From contig JANLPL010000250.1 in the NCBI GenBank assembly GCA_031367195.1, positions 12,569-76,568 on the forward strand: a stretch of 64,000 nucleotides of DNA, given 5' to 3'. Below the pieces are notes generated by a model, which was not told the origin of the DNA, did not search any database, and saw only the letters and a list, made by a program, of their open reading frames with translations. Of this stretch, positions 9,354 to 19,235 are shown piece by piece. The position numbers and the translations under genes were made by a program. The DNA is from Bradyrhizobium sp. Lineage in GTDB: Bacteria > Pseudomonadota > Alphaproteobacteria > Rhizobiales > Beijerinckiaceae. Positions within the stretch are counted from its first letter, which is position 1, and each line of letters starts with the position of its first letter.

Positions 9354-10105
9354 TGCCCGACATCCAGGATCACCTGCTCGATCAGGGTCGGCGACAGTTG
9401 AATGGAGCTGGTATAGGGCTGGCTCATTTCCAGTATCAGGAACATCGCGCTCGCCACCGCCGCACCGCCGAGCCCGAGCGTCGCAATGGTCGTCGCGTTC
9501 GGTCGCGACAGCACGCCGTAGCCGCAGAATAACAGACAGGACCAGCCGATCACGGTCAGGATCAGCGGCCAGGACACGGGGTCGACGAGTTGCAGCGACA
9601 TCAACAGCCGCGTCTCACCGATCGCGGCATAGTGCTGCGCGGCGGCGCCCAGCAGCCTTTTCTGCATTTCGGTTTCCGGGGTGAGACCCGTCAGAAATGC
9701 GTCCATCGTCGCCATATTGGTCGAGGTGACATTGACGGCGTCGGCCTTGGCGCGCTCCTCGCCCCAGAACTGCTCGTGCGCCCAGACCATTTCGGTGCGC
9801 AGCAGATCCCGCGCCTTCTGCGCCTGCGGGCCGTATTGCTTCATCTCCAGGTTGAATTCGAGCGCGCGCGCGGTCAGCAGTTGCAATTCGGACTTCTGCG
9901 TCTGCGTGACGCCATAGGAGGTCCAGATCAACAGGCCCAGCACCAGCGCCAGCAGGAGGGTCAGGAGGCCTGCGACCCCGCCGATAATATCGCGCGAGCG
10001 ATCGGACGTATGCGCCTCGGGCAGCACGCGGGTGAGCACCAGGCCCGCCAGCCCGCTGGCGAGCATCGCAATCCAGGCTAGGGCGGCGACGGCTAAAGAC
10101 GACAT
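9350..10105 (-). CDS. DUF4239/bestrophin-like membrane protein
   Basis: LPEAHTSDRSRDII..GLLTLLLALVLGLLI N-terminal pattern, 4 hydrophobic segments, LILEMSQPY C-terminal pattern. Confidence 0.72.
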   Translation of the reverse strand: MSSLAVAALAWIAMLASGLAGLVLTRVLPEAHTSDRSRDIIGGVAGLLTLLLALVLGLLIWTSYGVTQTQKSELQLLTARALEFNLEMKQYGPQAQKARDLLRTEMVWAHEQFWGEERAKADAVNVTSTNMATMDAFLTGLTPETEMQKRLLGAAAQHYAAIGETRLLMSLQLVDPVSWPLILTVIGWSCLLFCGYGVLSRPNATTIATLGLGGAAVASAMFLILEMSQPYTSSIQLSPTLIEQVILDVGQ

Positions 10106-10305
10106 GTGATCCCTTGCGAACCGTTGTCCCGGAGCGCGCAGTCCGAGAGTTTCGCTTTAGGAGAGACTAACCCTTCGCACAAGCGACCGCACGCGCCCCG
10201 TATTCGCGACAAAACGCGGCTCCCGATTAGCATTTCATCAAAGGCTTGGCGCCATAACGGGAAGGGCGACGGCGGACCCGTCCCTTAGTCATTTGGAGCA
10301 AAATC

Positions 10306-10467
10306 ATGAAGTTCGTCAAGCTTTTCGCGTCCGACGAGTCCGGCGCGACCGCCATCGAGTACGCGCTGATCGCCTCGTTGATCGCGATCGCCCTCGTCAC
10401 GATCCTGACCAACCTCGGCACCAAGCTTTCGGCCGAGTTCTCGGAAGTTTCGTCCGCCCTCAAGTAA
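10306..10467 (+). CDS. pilA: Flp/Fap (Tad) pilin, 53 aa, absent from supplied ORF track
   Basis: Hand translation MKFVKLFASDESG|ATAIEYALIASLIAIALVTILTNLGTKLSAEFSEVSSALK; G|ATAIEY Flp motif; GGAG upstream. Confidence 0.96.
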   Translation: MKFVKLFASDESGATAIEYALIASLIAIALVTILTNLGTKLSAEFSEVSSALK

Positions 10468-10490
10468 GACTCTCCCGCCTGAGCGAAGCG

Positions 10491-10522
10491 AAAGCGCCGG
10501 CGGCGTCCCCGCCGGCGCTTTT
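10491..10522 (+). terminator. Intrinsic terminator after pilin
   Basis: 13-bp perfect stem AAAGCGCCGGCGG / CCGCCGGCGCTTT with 5-nt loop, short T run. Confidence 0.75.
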
Positions 10523-10604
10523 GCGTTTCCCCGCGGGCGGCGCGCTAACGCCGCCGCAACGTTTGCGCCCTAAGGTCAACGGACTTCTCTCGCGACGGTG
10601 AGCC

Positions 10605-11123
10605 ATGTCGACGGTTTTACCCCATCAGCTGATGTTTCTGTTTTTCCCCGCCGCCATGGCCTGGGCGGCCGCGATGGACCTTCTGACCATGAAGATCCCC
10701 AACCGGCTGTCGGCTGCGCTGGCGATCGGCTATTTCGCGGCGGCCGTCGTGGCGGGCGTTTCGCTGCACGACTTCGCGCTGCATCTGAGCTGCGGCGCGG
10801 TCGTGTTGGTGGTCACCTTCGCCATGTTCAATCTGGGCTGGATCGGCGGCGGCGACGCCAAACTCGCCGCCGCCACCGCGCTATGGCTCGGCTGGACGCC
10901 GCTGGCCGACTACGGCGTCGCTTCGGCGCTGGCGGGCGGCGCGCTGACGATCGTCATTCTCGCGGCGCGACGCCTCACGCTGCCGCAGTTCCTGGCGACG
11001 CAATCGTGGATCGCCCGGCTGCACAACGCCAAGTCAGGCATACCCTACGGCATTGCCCTAGCGTTCGGGGGGCTGTTCGTTTATCCCGAGACACAACTCT
11101 GGGCGCAACTCGCCCTTCGCTGA
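10605..11123 (+). CDS. cpaA: Prepilin peptidase, A24 family
   Basis: MDLLTMKIPN, GGGDAKL catalytic Asp motifs, IPYGIAL; follows Flp pilin. Confidence 0.94.
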   Translation: MSTVLPHQLMFLFFPAAMAWAAAMDLLTMKIPNRLSAALAIGYFAAAVVAGVSLHDFALHLSCGAVVLVVTFAMFNLGWIGGGDAKLAAATALWLGWTPLADYGVASALAGGALTIVILAARRLTLPQFLATQSWIARLHNAKSGIPYGIALAFGGLFVYPETQLWAQLALR

Positions 11124-11139
11124 CACGATTGAATCTTGC

Positions 11140-11181
11140 ACTCCGCGGGCGGCCATGCGGCTTCCCGCGGAGTTCTTTTTT
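11140..11181 (+). terminator. Intrinsic terminator after cpaA
   Basis: Stem ACTCCGCGGG / CCCGCGGAGT followed by TCTTTTTT. Confidence 0.75.
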
Positions 11182-11228
11182 GTTGACCCTGCATATTTAG
11201 GAAATCGAAATCGTTTGGATACGGCTGA

Positions 11229-11244
11229 TTAACCGTAATTTGAC
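11229..11244 (+). promoter_or_regulatory. Putative CtrA box upstream of cpaB
   Basis: TTAA-ccgtaat-TTGAC, one mismatch to TTAA-N7-TTAAC; pilus genes are known CtrA targets in Caulobacter. Confidence 0.6.
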
Positions 11245-11304
11245 GATTTCGTACCATTCTGGACCCAAGGCGACGCAGCGCGCGCCATCCAGGGTCTGAA
11301 GTCC

Positions 11305-12117
11305 ATGAACAGGTTGCAGATCATCGTATTGGGCGTCTCGGTCGTCGCGTTCGGCGGCGCCTATTTCGTCTTCAATAATTATCTCGGGACGCCGCATAAG
11401 GCGCAAGTCGTGCTTGAGGCGCCAAAGTTGCAGACCGAGAAGGTGCTGGTCGCCGCGCAAGACATTCCCAAGGGAAGCGTCGTCAACGAGCAGCAAGTGA
11501 CCTGGCTCGAATGGCCCAAGGACTCGATCTCCGAGTTGATGATCATGAAATCCGGCACGCCCGACACAATTGCGGAGCTGAAAGACACGATGACGCGCGA
11601 TTCGTTCCTTCGCGGTGAGCCGTTGCGGCGCGACAAGCTCGTGAAGGCCGGCATCGGCAGCTACATGGCGGCGGTGCTGCCGAGCGGGATGCGCGCGGTG
11701 GCGATCCGAATCGAAAACACCGGCGATTCGTCCGCCGGCGGCTTCATCCTTCCCAACGATCGCGTCGATGTCGTGCGCGTGTTCCAGGATGAGGAGGCCA
11801 CGCGCGCGAAGGGCTCTTCTGTGCTTGGCCATCAGGTGATCCTCTCCAACGTGCGGGTGCTGGCGATCGGCCAGAACGTGCAGGAGGAGAACGGCAAGAA
11901 GGTCGTCGTCGGCGGCAACGCCACGCTCGAACTCGATCCCAAACAATCGGAAATGATCGTTTACGCCCAGAACGCGTCCGGTTCGCATCTGACCCTCGTG
12001 CTGCGCAGCTTGGTCGATAGCGCCGGCGAAACGGTGACGGTCAATGATCCCTCGGACTCGCAGGGCAAGGGTCTGACCATCGTGCGCTACGGCGCCGCGC
12101 AGCAAGCAGCCCGCTGA
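11305..12117 (+). CDS. cpaB: Flp pilus assembly protein CpaB/RcpC
   Basis: N-terminal TM, SAF-like VLVAAQDIPKG, GFILPNDRVDV, NVRVLAIGQ, LTLVLRS. Confidence 0.94.
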   Translation: MNRLQIIVLGVSVVAFGGAYFVFNNYLGTPHKAQVVLEAPKLQTEKVLVAAQDIPKGSVVNEQQVTWLEWPKDSISELMIMKSGTPDTIAELKDTMTRDSFLRGEPLRRDKLVKAGIGSYMAAVLPSGMRAVAIRIENTGDSSAGGFILPNDRVDVVRVFQDEEATRAKGSSVLGHQVILSNVRVLAIGQNVQEENGKKVVVGGNATLELDPKQSEMIVYAQNASGSHLTLVLRSLVDSAGETVTVNDPSDSQGKGLTIVRYGAAQQAAR

Positions 12118-12127
12118 GGAGGCTCCC

Positions 12128-13663
12128 ATGAACAGCAAATTCCCTCGCGCGCTTGCGATGAACAACACGGTGTCAACCATGGCGGCGATCAGCAAATCGA
12201 CCTGGACCGCGCTGGCGGCCGCAGCATTCGCGACCGCGATCGGCGTCGCCGCTCCGGCCCGCGCGTCCGAGCCGCTTCCCTCGTCGTCGATTGCGATCGG
12301 ACATGGCGAGATGAAGACCCTCCAGCTCGGCGTCGGTCGCTCGGTGATCGTCGATCTGCCCGAAGACGCGCAGGAAATCTTCGTCGGCGATCCCAAGATC
12401 GCCAATGCGATCGTGCGCTCCGCGCGCCGTCTCTATGTCTCCACGCTTGAGCCTGGCCAGACGACGATCTTCGCGCTCGCCGCCGACGGGCGCAAGATCG
12501 CGGTGCTGGAAGTCACGGTCGGCCGCGACGTCGGCGAATTGACGCGGCTGTTGAAGGCCTCCATTCCCAACAACGACATTCATGTCCGCACCGTCGGCGG
12601 CTCGATCATCCTCACCGGGTCGGTGGCCTCCGCCGGCGACGCACAGCAGGCGCTCGATATCGCGCAAGGGTTCGTCGCCGACGGCGGCCTCGCGGCGGCC
12701 GGGGCGCCCGGCGGCGGCGCGTCGGCGGCGGCGACTGGCGGCGGCAAGGTCGTCAACTCGCTGATGATCCGCGGCCTCGATCAGGTCAGCCTGCGCGTGA
12801 CGATCTCGGAAATCCGCCGCGACGTGGTCAAGCAGCTCGGCGTCAACTATGCGGGCCTTGGCTCCAACGCCACGGGAGCCGGCTTCGGTGCCGGCGTGCC
12901 CAGCCTTTCGATCGCCAACCCGCTCGCGGTCAACGGCGCGCTCGGCAACGCCGCCGCGATCGGCTGGAGCATGGCGGGCGAGCAGCTGAAAGCCACCATC
13001 AACGCCTTCGAGCAGGAAGGCGTCGCGCGCACCCTTGCCGAGCCGACCGTGACCGCCGTCTCCGGCGAACGCGCCAAATTCCTCGCCGGCGGCACGATCC
13101 CCATTCCGGCCAGCGAAAACTGCCAGGCCGGCGTCTGTACGCTGGGCTACATTCAGCAACCCTACGGCGTGACGCTGAACTTCACGCCCGTAGTGCTGAG
13201 CCAGGGCCGCATCCAGCTCAGGGTCGCCACTGAAGTGACCGACATCGACTATTCCAAGAACATCAAGATCCTGGACACCGTGATCCCCGGCTTCCGCACG
13301 CGCAAGAACGAAACCACGGTCGAGCTGCCGTCGGGCGGGTCGATCGTCTCGGCGGGCCTGATTTCGACGCAGTCGAGCGCGGCCATCAGCGGCCTGCCGG
13401 GCCTGATGAATCTGCCGGTGCTCGGCGCGCTGTTCCGCTCGCGCGACTATCAGCGCCAGGAGACGGAGCTGCTGATCGTCGTCACGCCCTACATCGTTCA
13501 TGCCGTGGATCCCAAGGACGTCGCCCGCGCCGACCAGAACTTCGGCGACGCCAGCGATCCGCAAGGCTGGTTCCTCGGTCGCGTCAACCGCATCTATTCG
13601 AGCTCCGGCGGATTGCGTCCGATGCCCAGCTATTCCGGCAAGGTCGGATTCATCACCGACTGA
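12128..13663 (+). CDS. cpaC: Tad secretin CpaC/RcpA
   Basis: LAEPTVTAVSGERAKFLAGG, YGVTLNFTP, PVLGALFRSRDYQRQETELLIVVTPYIV. Confidence 0.95.
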   Translation: MNSKFPRALAMNNTVSTMAAISKSTWTALAAAAFATAIGVAAPARASEPLPSSSIAIGHGEMKTLQLGVGRSVIVDLPEDAQEIFVGDPKIANAIVRSARRLYVSTLEPGQTTIFALAADGRKIAVLEVTVGRDVGELTRLLKASIPNNDIHVRTVGGSIILTGSVASAGDAQQALDIAQGFVADGGLAAAGAPGGGASAAATGGGKVVNSLMIRGLDQVSLRVTISEIRRDVVKQLGVNYAGLGSNATGAGFGAGVPSLSIANPLAVNGALGNAAAIGWSMAGEQLKATINAFEQEGVARTLAEPTVTAVSGERAKFLAGGTIPIPASENCQAGVCTLGYIQQPYGVTLNFTPVVLSQGRIQLRVATEVTDIDYSKNIKILDTVIPGFRTRKNETTVELPSGGSIVSAGLISTQSSAAISGLPGLMNLPVLGALFRSRDYQRQETELLIVVTPYIVHAVDPKDVARADQNFGDASDPQGWFLGRVNRIYSSSGGLRPMPSYSGKVGFITD

Positions 13664-13695
13664 AACGAACGCGAAACCCGGTTCTGCTCTTCTAT

Positions 13696-14442
13696 TTGCG
13701 AGTCGATGACATGCTTCAGTGGATCACCAAAAGCGAGCGAACGGGCCGCCGCCTCTTGTCCGGCCTATGCCTCAGCGCGACCGCGCTGGCGCTGTCGGGC
13801 TGTCTGACCGGCGTGCAATACGCCTCGGACAACCAGATCTCCGCCAGCGACTACCACGAGCGCCACCCGATCGTGCTCGGCAAAGCGGCCACCACGCTCG
13901 ACCTCTTCCCGGTCGGCGGCAAGCTCGACGTCCTCTCCTCCGACAAGGTCAAGGCCTTCGCCGAGCGCTATCGCGACTTCGGTTCGGGCGAGGTGACGAT
14001 CCTGACCCCCGCGGGCGATCGCTACAGCGGCCAGATCGTGCCCGATATCCGGCGCGAGCTTTACGCCAACGGCCTGCGCGGCTATGTCCAGGTTGGTTCC
14101 TATCCGGTTGAGGACGCAACGCTGGCGAGCCCGGTGCGGCTGGTGTTCCAGGGCCTGAAAGCCCATGTCGCGGACCGCTGCGGCCAATGGCCGACCGACC
14201 TCGCCTCCGGCACGTCAATCGAAAGCTGGAAGAACCAGTCCTACCCCAATTACGGCTGCGCCACGCAATCGGCCCTTGCCGCCCAGATCGACGATCCGCG
14301 TGATCTCGTGCAAGCGCGCGCCAGTGGCCCGCCCGACGAAGCGATGCGCCTGCGCGCGATCCAAAACGTCCGGAAGGGCGCCGATCCAGGCACGGATTGG
14401 AAGACGCAAACGACCACCATCGGTACGGTCGGGGGGGGCTGA
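13696..14442 (+). CDS. cpaD: Pilus biogenesis lipoprotein CpaD
   Basis: Lipobox LSGC, YHERHPIV, NYGCATQSALAAQIDDPRDL; start may be ATG 13711. Confidence 0.92.
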   Translation: MRVDDMLQWITKSERTGRRLLSGLCLSATALALSGCLTGVQYASDNQISASDYHERHPIVLGKAATTLDLFPVGGKLDVLSSDKVKAFAERYRDFGSGEVTILTPAGDRYSGQIVPDIRRELYANGLRGYVQVGSYPVEDATLASPVRLVFQGLKAHVADRCGQWPTDLASGTSIESWKNQSYPNYGCATQSALAAQIDDPRDLVQARASGPPDEAMRLRAIQNVRKGADPGTDWKTQTTTIGTVGGG

Positions 14443-14445
14443 TCC

Positions 14446-15717
14446 ATGCGCTCGCAGATGCTCGAAGACGCAACAAGCGTCAATTCGCAATCGACGACGC
14501 CGATCGCCCAGATCGATCCGGTGCCGCGCATATCGATCCAGGCTTTTTGCGAATCGCCCGAAGCCGCCGCCGTCATCCAGGCGGCGATCGGCGACCGCCG
14601 TATGAGCAAGGCCCATGTCAAACAAAACATGGGCGGCGCGGCCGGCGCGGTCGAGGCTTACCGCAATGCGCCGACGCCCAACGTGATCGTCATCGAGGCG
14701 ACCGCCGACCGCGAATTCCTCGTGTCCCAACTCGACGAACTGTCCGAATATTGTGACGCCGGCACCAAGGTCATCATCATCGGCAAGGTCAACGACATCA
14801 TTCTCTATCGTCAGTTGATCGCGCGCGGGGTGAGCGAATATCTGGTGCTGCCGTTCGGCGTGGTCGATTTCGTCAGCGCCGTGTCGCAATTGTTCAGGAC
14901 TCCAGGCGCCAAGCCGCTCGGCCGCGTCATCGCCGTGGTCGGCGCCAAGGGCGGCGTCGGCTCCTCGACCATCGCGCACAACGTCGCCTGGCACTTCGCC
15001 ACCGGAATCGGCATGGACACGATCATCGCCGATCTCGATCTCGGCTTCGGCACCGCCGGTCTCGACTTCAACCAGGATCCGCCGCAGGGCGTCGCTGAGG
15101 CGGTGTTCGCGCCCGATCGCGTCGACACCACCCTGGTTGACCGCCTGTTGTCGAAATGCGGCGACAACCTGCATCTGCTGGCCGCGCCCGCGATGCTCGA
15201 CCGGCTTTACGATTTCGGCGAAACCGCGTTCGACTCGCTGATGGACTCGATGCGCGCCTCCACGCCCTGGGTCGTGCTCGACGTGCCGCATGGCTGGAAC
15301 GGGTGGACGCGGCGCACGCTGGTCGCCGCCGACGAGGTGATCGTCGTCGCGCAGCCCGATCTCGCCAATCTGCGCAACGCCAAGAACATCATCGACAACA
15401 TCCGCAGCGCCCGCCCGCACGACCGCCCGCCACGCCTGATCCTCAACAATGTCGGCATCCCCAAGCGGCCCGAGATTCCGGTCGCCGACTTCTCCAAGAC
15501 CATCGAGATGGAGCCGACCGCGATCATCGCCCATGACGCGAAATTGTTCGGCTCGGCGGCCAATAACGGGCAGATGATCGCGGAGATCGAGCCTAAGGGC
15601 AAGGTCGCCGAAACCTTCGCCGCGCTCGCCGGCATGATCGCCGGACGCACCGAAGTGAAGAAGCAGAAGCGGGGTCTGTTCGACCCGTTCCTGGCGAAAT
15701 TGACCAAGAAGGCGTGA
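14446..15717 (+). CDS. cpaE: CpaE/TadZ pseudo-receiver plus MinD-like ATPase
   Basis: PVPRISIQAFC, GAKGGVGSSTIAHN, DLDLGFGTAGLDFNQDP. Confidence 0.95.
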   Translation: MRSQMLEDATSVNSQSTTPIAQIDPVPRISIQAFCESPEAAAVIQAAIGDRRMSKAHVKQNMGGAAGAVEAYRNAPTPNVIVIEATADREFLVSQLDELSEYCDAGTKVIIIGKVNDIILYRQLIARGVSEYLVLPFGVVDFVSAVSQLFRTPGAKPLGRVIAVVGAKGGVGSSTIAHNVAWHFATGIGMDTIIADLDLGFGTAGLDFNQDPPQGVAEAVFAPDRVDTTLVDRLLSKCGDNLHLLAAPAMLDRLYDFGETAFDSLMDSMRASTPWVVLDVPHGWNGWTRRTLVAADEVIVVAQPDLANLRNAKNIIDNIRSARPHDRPPRLILNNVGIPKRPEIPVADFSKTIEMEPTAIIAHDAKLFGSAANNGQMIAEIEPKGKVAETFAALAGMIAGRTEVKKQKRGLFDPFLAKLTKKA

Positions 15718-15778
15718 GCGGCCAAGGCCGCTCGCATTTCCCTGGAGGCTAGCCCTTCGGCAATCGGGAAGATGGAAC

Positions 15779-17212
15779 ATGTTCGGTAAGCGTGCCCATC
15801 AAGGAGTCGCCGTAGCGCCCGTCGCCGCGCCGGCTCCTGCGTCATCGAATTCTGAACCGCAGCGCGGCGCGGCGCCGTCGCCGCCGCCCCCCGCCATCGC
15901 CCGCGAAGGCGAGCAGCGGCCGGAAAGCTATTTTCAGACCAAAGCCATGATTTTCAGCGCGCTGATCGAGGCGATCGACCTCTCCGCGCTGTCGAAGCTC
16001 GATCAGGAAAGCGCGCGCGAAGAAATTCGCGACATCGTGCACGAAATCGTCACGATCAAGAATCTCGTGCTCTCCATCGCCGAGCAGGAGGATCTGCTCG
16101 ACGACATCTGCAACGACGTGCTCGGCTTCGGTCCGCTCGAACCGCTGCTGGCGCGCGACGACATCGCCGACATCATGGTCAACGGGCCGACCCGCACCTT
16201 CATCGAAGTCGGCGGCAAGATCCAGCTCACCAACGTGCGCTTTCGCGACAATGCGCAGCTGATGAACATCTGCCAGCGCATTGTCAGCCAGGTCGGCCGG
16301 CGCGTCGACGAAGCCTCGCCGATCTGCGACGCGCGCCTGCTCGACGGCTCCCGCGTCAACGTCATCGCCCCCCCGCTCGCCATCGACGGCGCCGTGCTGA
16401 CCATCCGCAAATTCAAGAAGGACAAGCTGACGCTCGACCAGCTCGTCCGCTTCGGCGCGATCTCCAACGCCGGCGCCGAGATCCTGAAAATCATCGGCCG
16501 CGTTCGCTGCAACGTCGTTATTTCCGGCGGCACCGGCTCCGGCAAGACGACGCTGCTCAACTGTCTGACCAACTATATCGACGTCGGCGAACGCGTCATC
16601 ACCTGCGAGGACGCCGCTGAGCTGCAACTGCAACAGCCGCACGTGGTGCGGCTGGAGACGCGGCCGCCCAATCTAGAGGGCGTCGGCCAGATCACCATGC
16701 GCGATCTCGTCAAGAACTGTCTGCGTATGCGCCCCGAACGGATCATCGTGGGCGAAGTGCGCGGACCCGAGGCGTTCGATCTGTTGCAGGCGATGAACAC
16801 CGGCCACGACGGCTCGATGGGCACGCTGCACGCCAATAGCCCCCGCGAGGCGCTCAGCCGTATGGAATCCATGATCACCATGGGCGGCTTCTCCCTGCCG
16901 ATGAAGACGATCCGCGAGATGATTGTGTCCTCGGTCGATGTCATCGTCCAGGCCGCGCGCCTGCGCGACGGCTCGCGTCGCATCACCCACATCACCGAGG
17001 TGATGGGGATGGAAGGCGACACCGTCATCACCCAGGATCTGTTCGTTTACGAGCTTATCGGCGAGGACGCGCAAGGCAAGCTCAAAGGGCGCCATCGTTC
17101 GACCGGCGTCGGCCGACCGCGCTTCTGGGACCGCGCACGCTACTACGGCGAGGAGAAGCGGCTTGCCGCCGCGCTCGACTCGGCGGAGATCAAGGACGTC
17201 GAGACGTTCTGA
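15779..17212 (+). CDS. cpaF: Tad ATPase CpaF/TadA
   Basis: Walker A GGTGSGKTT, EDAAELQL, LRMRPERIIVGEVRG, MNTGHDGSMGTLHAN. Confidence 0.97.
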   Translation: MFGKRAHQGVAVAPVAAPAPASSNSEPQRGAAPSPPPPAIAREGEQRPESYFQTKAMIFSALIEAIDLSALSKLDQESAREEIRDIVHEIVTIKNLVLSIAEQEDLLDDICNDVLGFGPLEPLLARDDIADIMVNGPTRTFIEVGGKIQLTNVRFRDNAQLMNICQRIVSQVGRRVDEASPICDARLLDGSRVNVIAPPLAIDGAVLTIRKFKKDKLTLDQLVRFGAISNAGAEILKIIGRVRCNVVISGGTGSGKTTLLNCLTNYIDVGERVITCEDAAELQLQQPHVVRLETRPPNLEGVGQITMRDLVKNCLRMRPERIIVGEVRGPEAFDLLQAMNTGHDGSMGTLHANSPREALSRMESMITMGGFSLPMKTIREMIVSSVDVIVQAARLRDGSRRITHITEVMGMEGDTVITQDLFVYELIGEDAQGKLKGRHRSTGVGRPRFWDRARYYGEEKRLAAALDSAEIKDVETF

Positions 17213-17230
17213 CGCAAAGGCGAATAGGTC

Positions 17231-18187
17231 ATGAATTTCGCGCTCGTTTTCGCATTGCTGTTCGCATTGGCCATTGGCGGCCTGGCGATGGTTTTTGTCA
17301 GTGGCGACGATACCGCCACCAGGCGCCGCGCCGCGCTGACAAAACCCAGCCGCAAGGCGTTTGACGCGGTCAACGACCGCGCCGCCAAGAAGAAACAGAT
17401 CGCCGAAAGCCTGGCCCATATCGACAGAAAGGCCAAAAACCGTCGCGTCGATTTGCAGACGCGGATCGAGCAGGCTGGCTGGACGATTCGCAAGGGGCCG
17501 TTCATCCTCATTTTCGTCGCCCTCGCCATCGTCGTCTCCGGGCTCACCCTTTTCAAGTCAGGCAACCCGATCGTCGCCGGCCTGATGGCGATCTCGATTG
17601 GCTTCGGTCTGCCCAATCTCGTGCTGTCGCGCATGAAAACGCGGCGCATCAAGAAATTCATCGACCATCTGCCATCCGCGCTCGACATCATCGTGCGCGG
17701 CGTGCGCGCCGGTCTTCCCGTCAACGATACGCTACGCATCATCGCCAACGAGGCGCAGGAGCCGGTGAAGTCCGAGTTCCGCCGCGTCGTCGAGCAGCAG
17801 TCGCTCGGCATCTCTGTTCCCGAGGCGTTGCAGAAAATGGCGCGCCGCGTGCCGGCCACGGAGACCAATTTCTTCGCCATCGTGATCGAGATTCAGTCCA
17901 AGGCGGGCGGCAATCTGTCGGAGGCGGTCGGCAACCTCTCCAAGACGGTGCGCGACCGCAAGAAGATGCGCTCCAAGATCGGCGCCATGTCGATGGAGGC
18001 GTTGGCTTCCGCCGCCATCATCGGCGCGGTGCCGTTCCTGGTCACCGGCGCGCTCTATATGACAGCGCCGGTCTATATGAGCCTGCTGTTCACCACGAGC
18101 CACGGGCGCATCATCACCATCATCGGGCTGTGCTGGATGGCGATCGGCGGCGCGATGATGAAAAAAATGATCAACTTCGACTTCTAG
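17231..18187 (+). CDS. tadB: TadB platform protein
   Basis: LPSALDIIVRGVRAGLP, QSKAGGNLSEAVGNL; T2SS-F-like topology. Confidence 0.93.
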   Translation: MNFALVFALLFALAIGGLAMVFVSGDDTATRRRAALTKPSRKAFDAVNDRAAKKKQIAESLAHIDRKAKNRRVDLQTRIEQAGWTIRKGPFILIFVALAIVVSGLTLFKSGNPIVAGLMAISIGFGLPNLVLSRMKTRRIKKFIDHLPSALDIIVRGVRAGLPVNDTLRIIANEAQEPVKSEFRRVVEQQSLGISVPEALQKMARRVPATETNFFAIVIEIQSKAGGNLSEAVGNLSKTVRDRKKMRSKIGAMSMEALASAAIIGAVPFLVTGALYMTAPVYMSLLFTTSHGRIITIIGLCWMAIGGAMMKKMINFDF

Positions 18188-18199
18188 GATTGCCCGGCC

Positions 18200-19180
18200 A
18201 TGATGGACCAGATTCTCGCGAAGCTCGGCGACCCCGGTTTCCTCGTCTCGTTACTGGTGTCGCTGGGCTGCGCCACCACCGTGCTGCTCGCCTTCATGCC
18301 GCTCCTGCAAAAGGACGACATGTCCCGCCGCATCAAATCGGTCTCCACCGAGCGCGAGCGCATTCGTATGCGCGAGCGCGAGCGGCTCGCCGCCGTCAAT
18401 CAGCCCAGGTTCGCCCTGCGCCACAAGACCGGCGGTCTGTCGAAGCAACTCGTCGAAGCGCTTAACCTCGACACCTGGCTCAACACCGACACGGCGAAGA
18501 TGAAGCTGGCGATGGCTGGCTTTCGCGGTCAGGGCGCGGAGAACGCGTTTCTGGCTTACCGGCTGGCGGCGCCGATCCTGTTTTTCATTTTCGGCGTGGT
18601 CTATTTCTTCTTCCTCGCCCACTTGCAATGGTCCTTCCTGATGCGGGGCGGCGCATCGCTCGCCTGCGCCTATCTCGGCATCAAGGCGCCTGAATTGTTC
18701 CTCAGCAACAAGATTGCAAAACGCCAGAAACGGATGTCGCGCGCCTATCCCAACATGGTGGATTTGCTGATCATCTGCGCCGAATCCGGTATGTCGATCG
18801 AGCACGCCGTGCGCAAGGTGGGCCAGGAGATCGGCGCTGAAAGTATCGAGATGGCCGAGGAAATGTCATTGCTCGCGGCGGAGATGTCCTATCTCGAACA
18901 CCGGCGGATCGCGCTCGAAAACTTGACTTTGCGCACCGGCATCGATGCGATCAAGCAACTGACGACCGTGTTGATCCAGTCGGAAAAATACGGCACGCCG
19001 CTCGGCGCCGCCTTGCGCGTATTGGCGCAGGAAAGCCGCGACGCCCGGCTGACGGCGGCGGAGAAGAAAGCGGCCGCGCTGCCGCCCTCGCTGACGGTGC
19101 CGATGATCGTGTTCTTCCTGCCCGGTCTGTTCTGCGCGATTCTCACCCCCGCCATCGTCCAGATCAACCACTGGAACTGA
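18200..19180 (+). CDS. tadC: TadC platform protein
   Basis: PNMVDLLIICAESGMSIE, QSEKYGTPLGAALR, LTVPMIVFFLP. Confidence 0.93.
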   Translation: MMDQILAKLGDPGFLVSLLVSLGCATTVLLAFMPLLQKDDMSRRIKSVSTERERIRMRERERLAAVNQPRFALRHKTGGLSKQLVEALNLDTWLNTDTAKMKLAMAGFRGQGAENAFLAYRLAAPILFFIFGVVYFFFLAHLQWSFLMRGGASLACAYLGIKAPELFLSNKIAKRQKRMSRAYPNMVDLLIICAESGMSIEHAVRKVGQEIGAESIEMAEEMSLLAAEMSYLEHRRIALENLTLRTGIDAIKQLTTVLIQSEKYGTPLGAALRVLAQESRDARLTAAEKKAAALPPSLTVPMIVFFLPGLFCAILTPAIVQINHWN

Positions 19181-19235
19181 CAGGGAATTTTCCGCCCCGG
19201 TTGCGTCTGGGGCGGGATAAGCGCATCCTGCGCGG

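Noticed and set aside
14431-14438. G8 tract at the end of cpaD as a phase-variation switch
   Set aside because: Lies in the last three codons, so slippage would change only the extreme C-terminus; no evidence of variation
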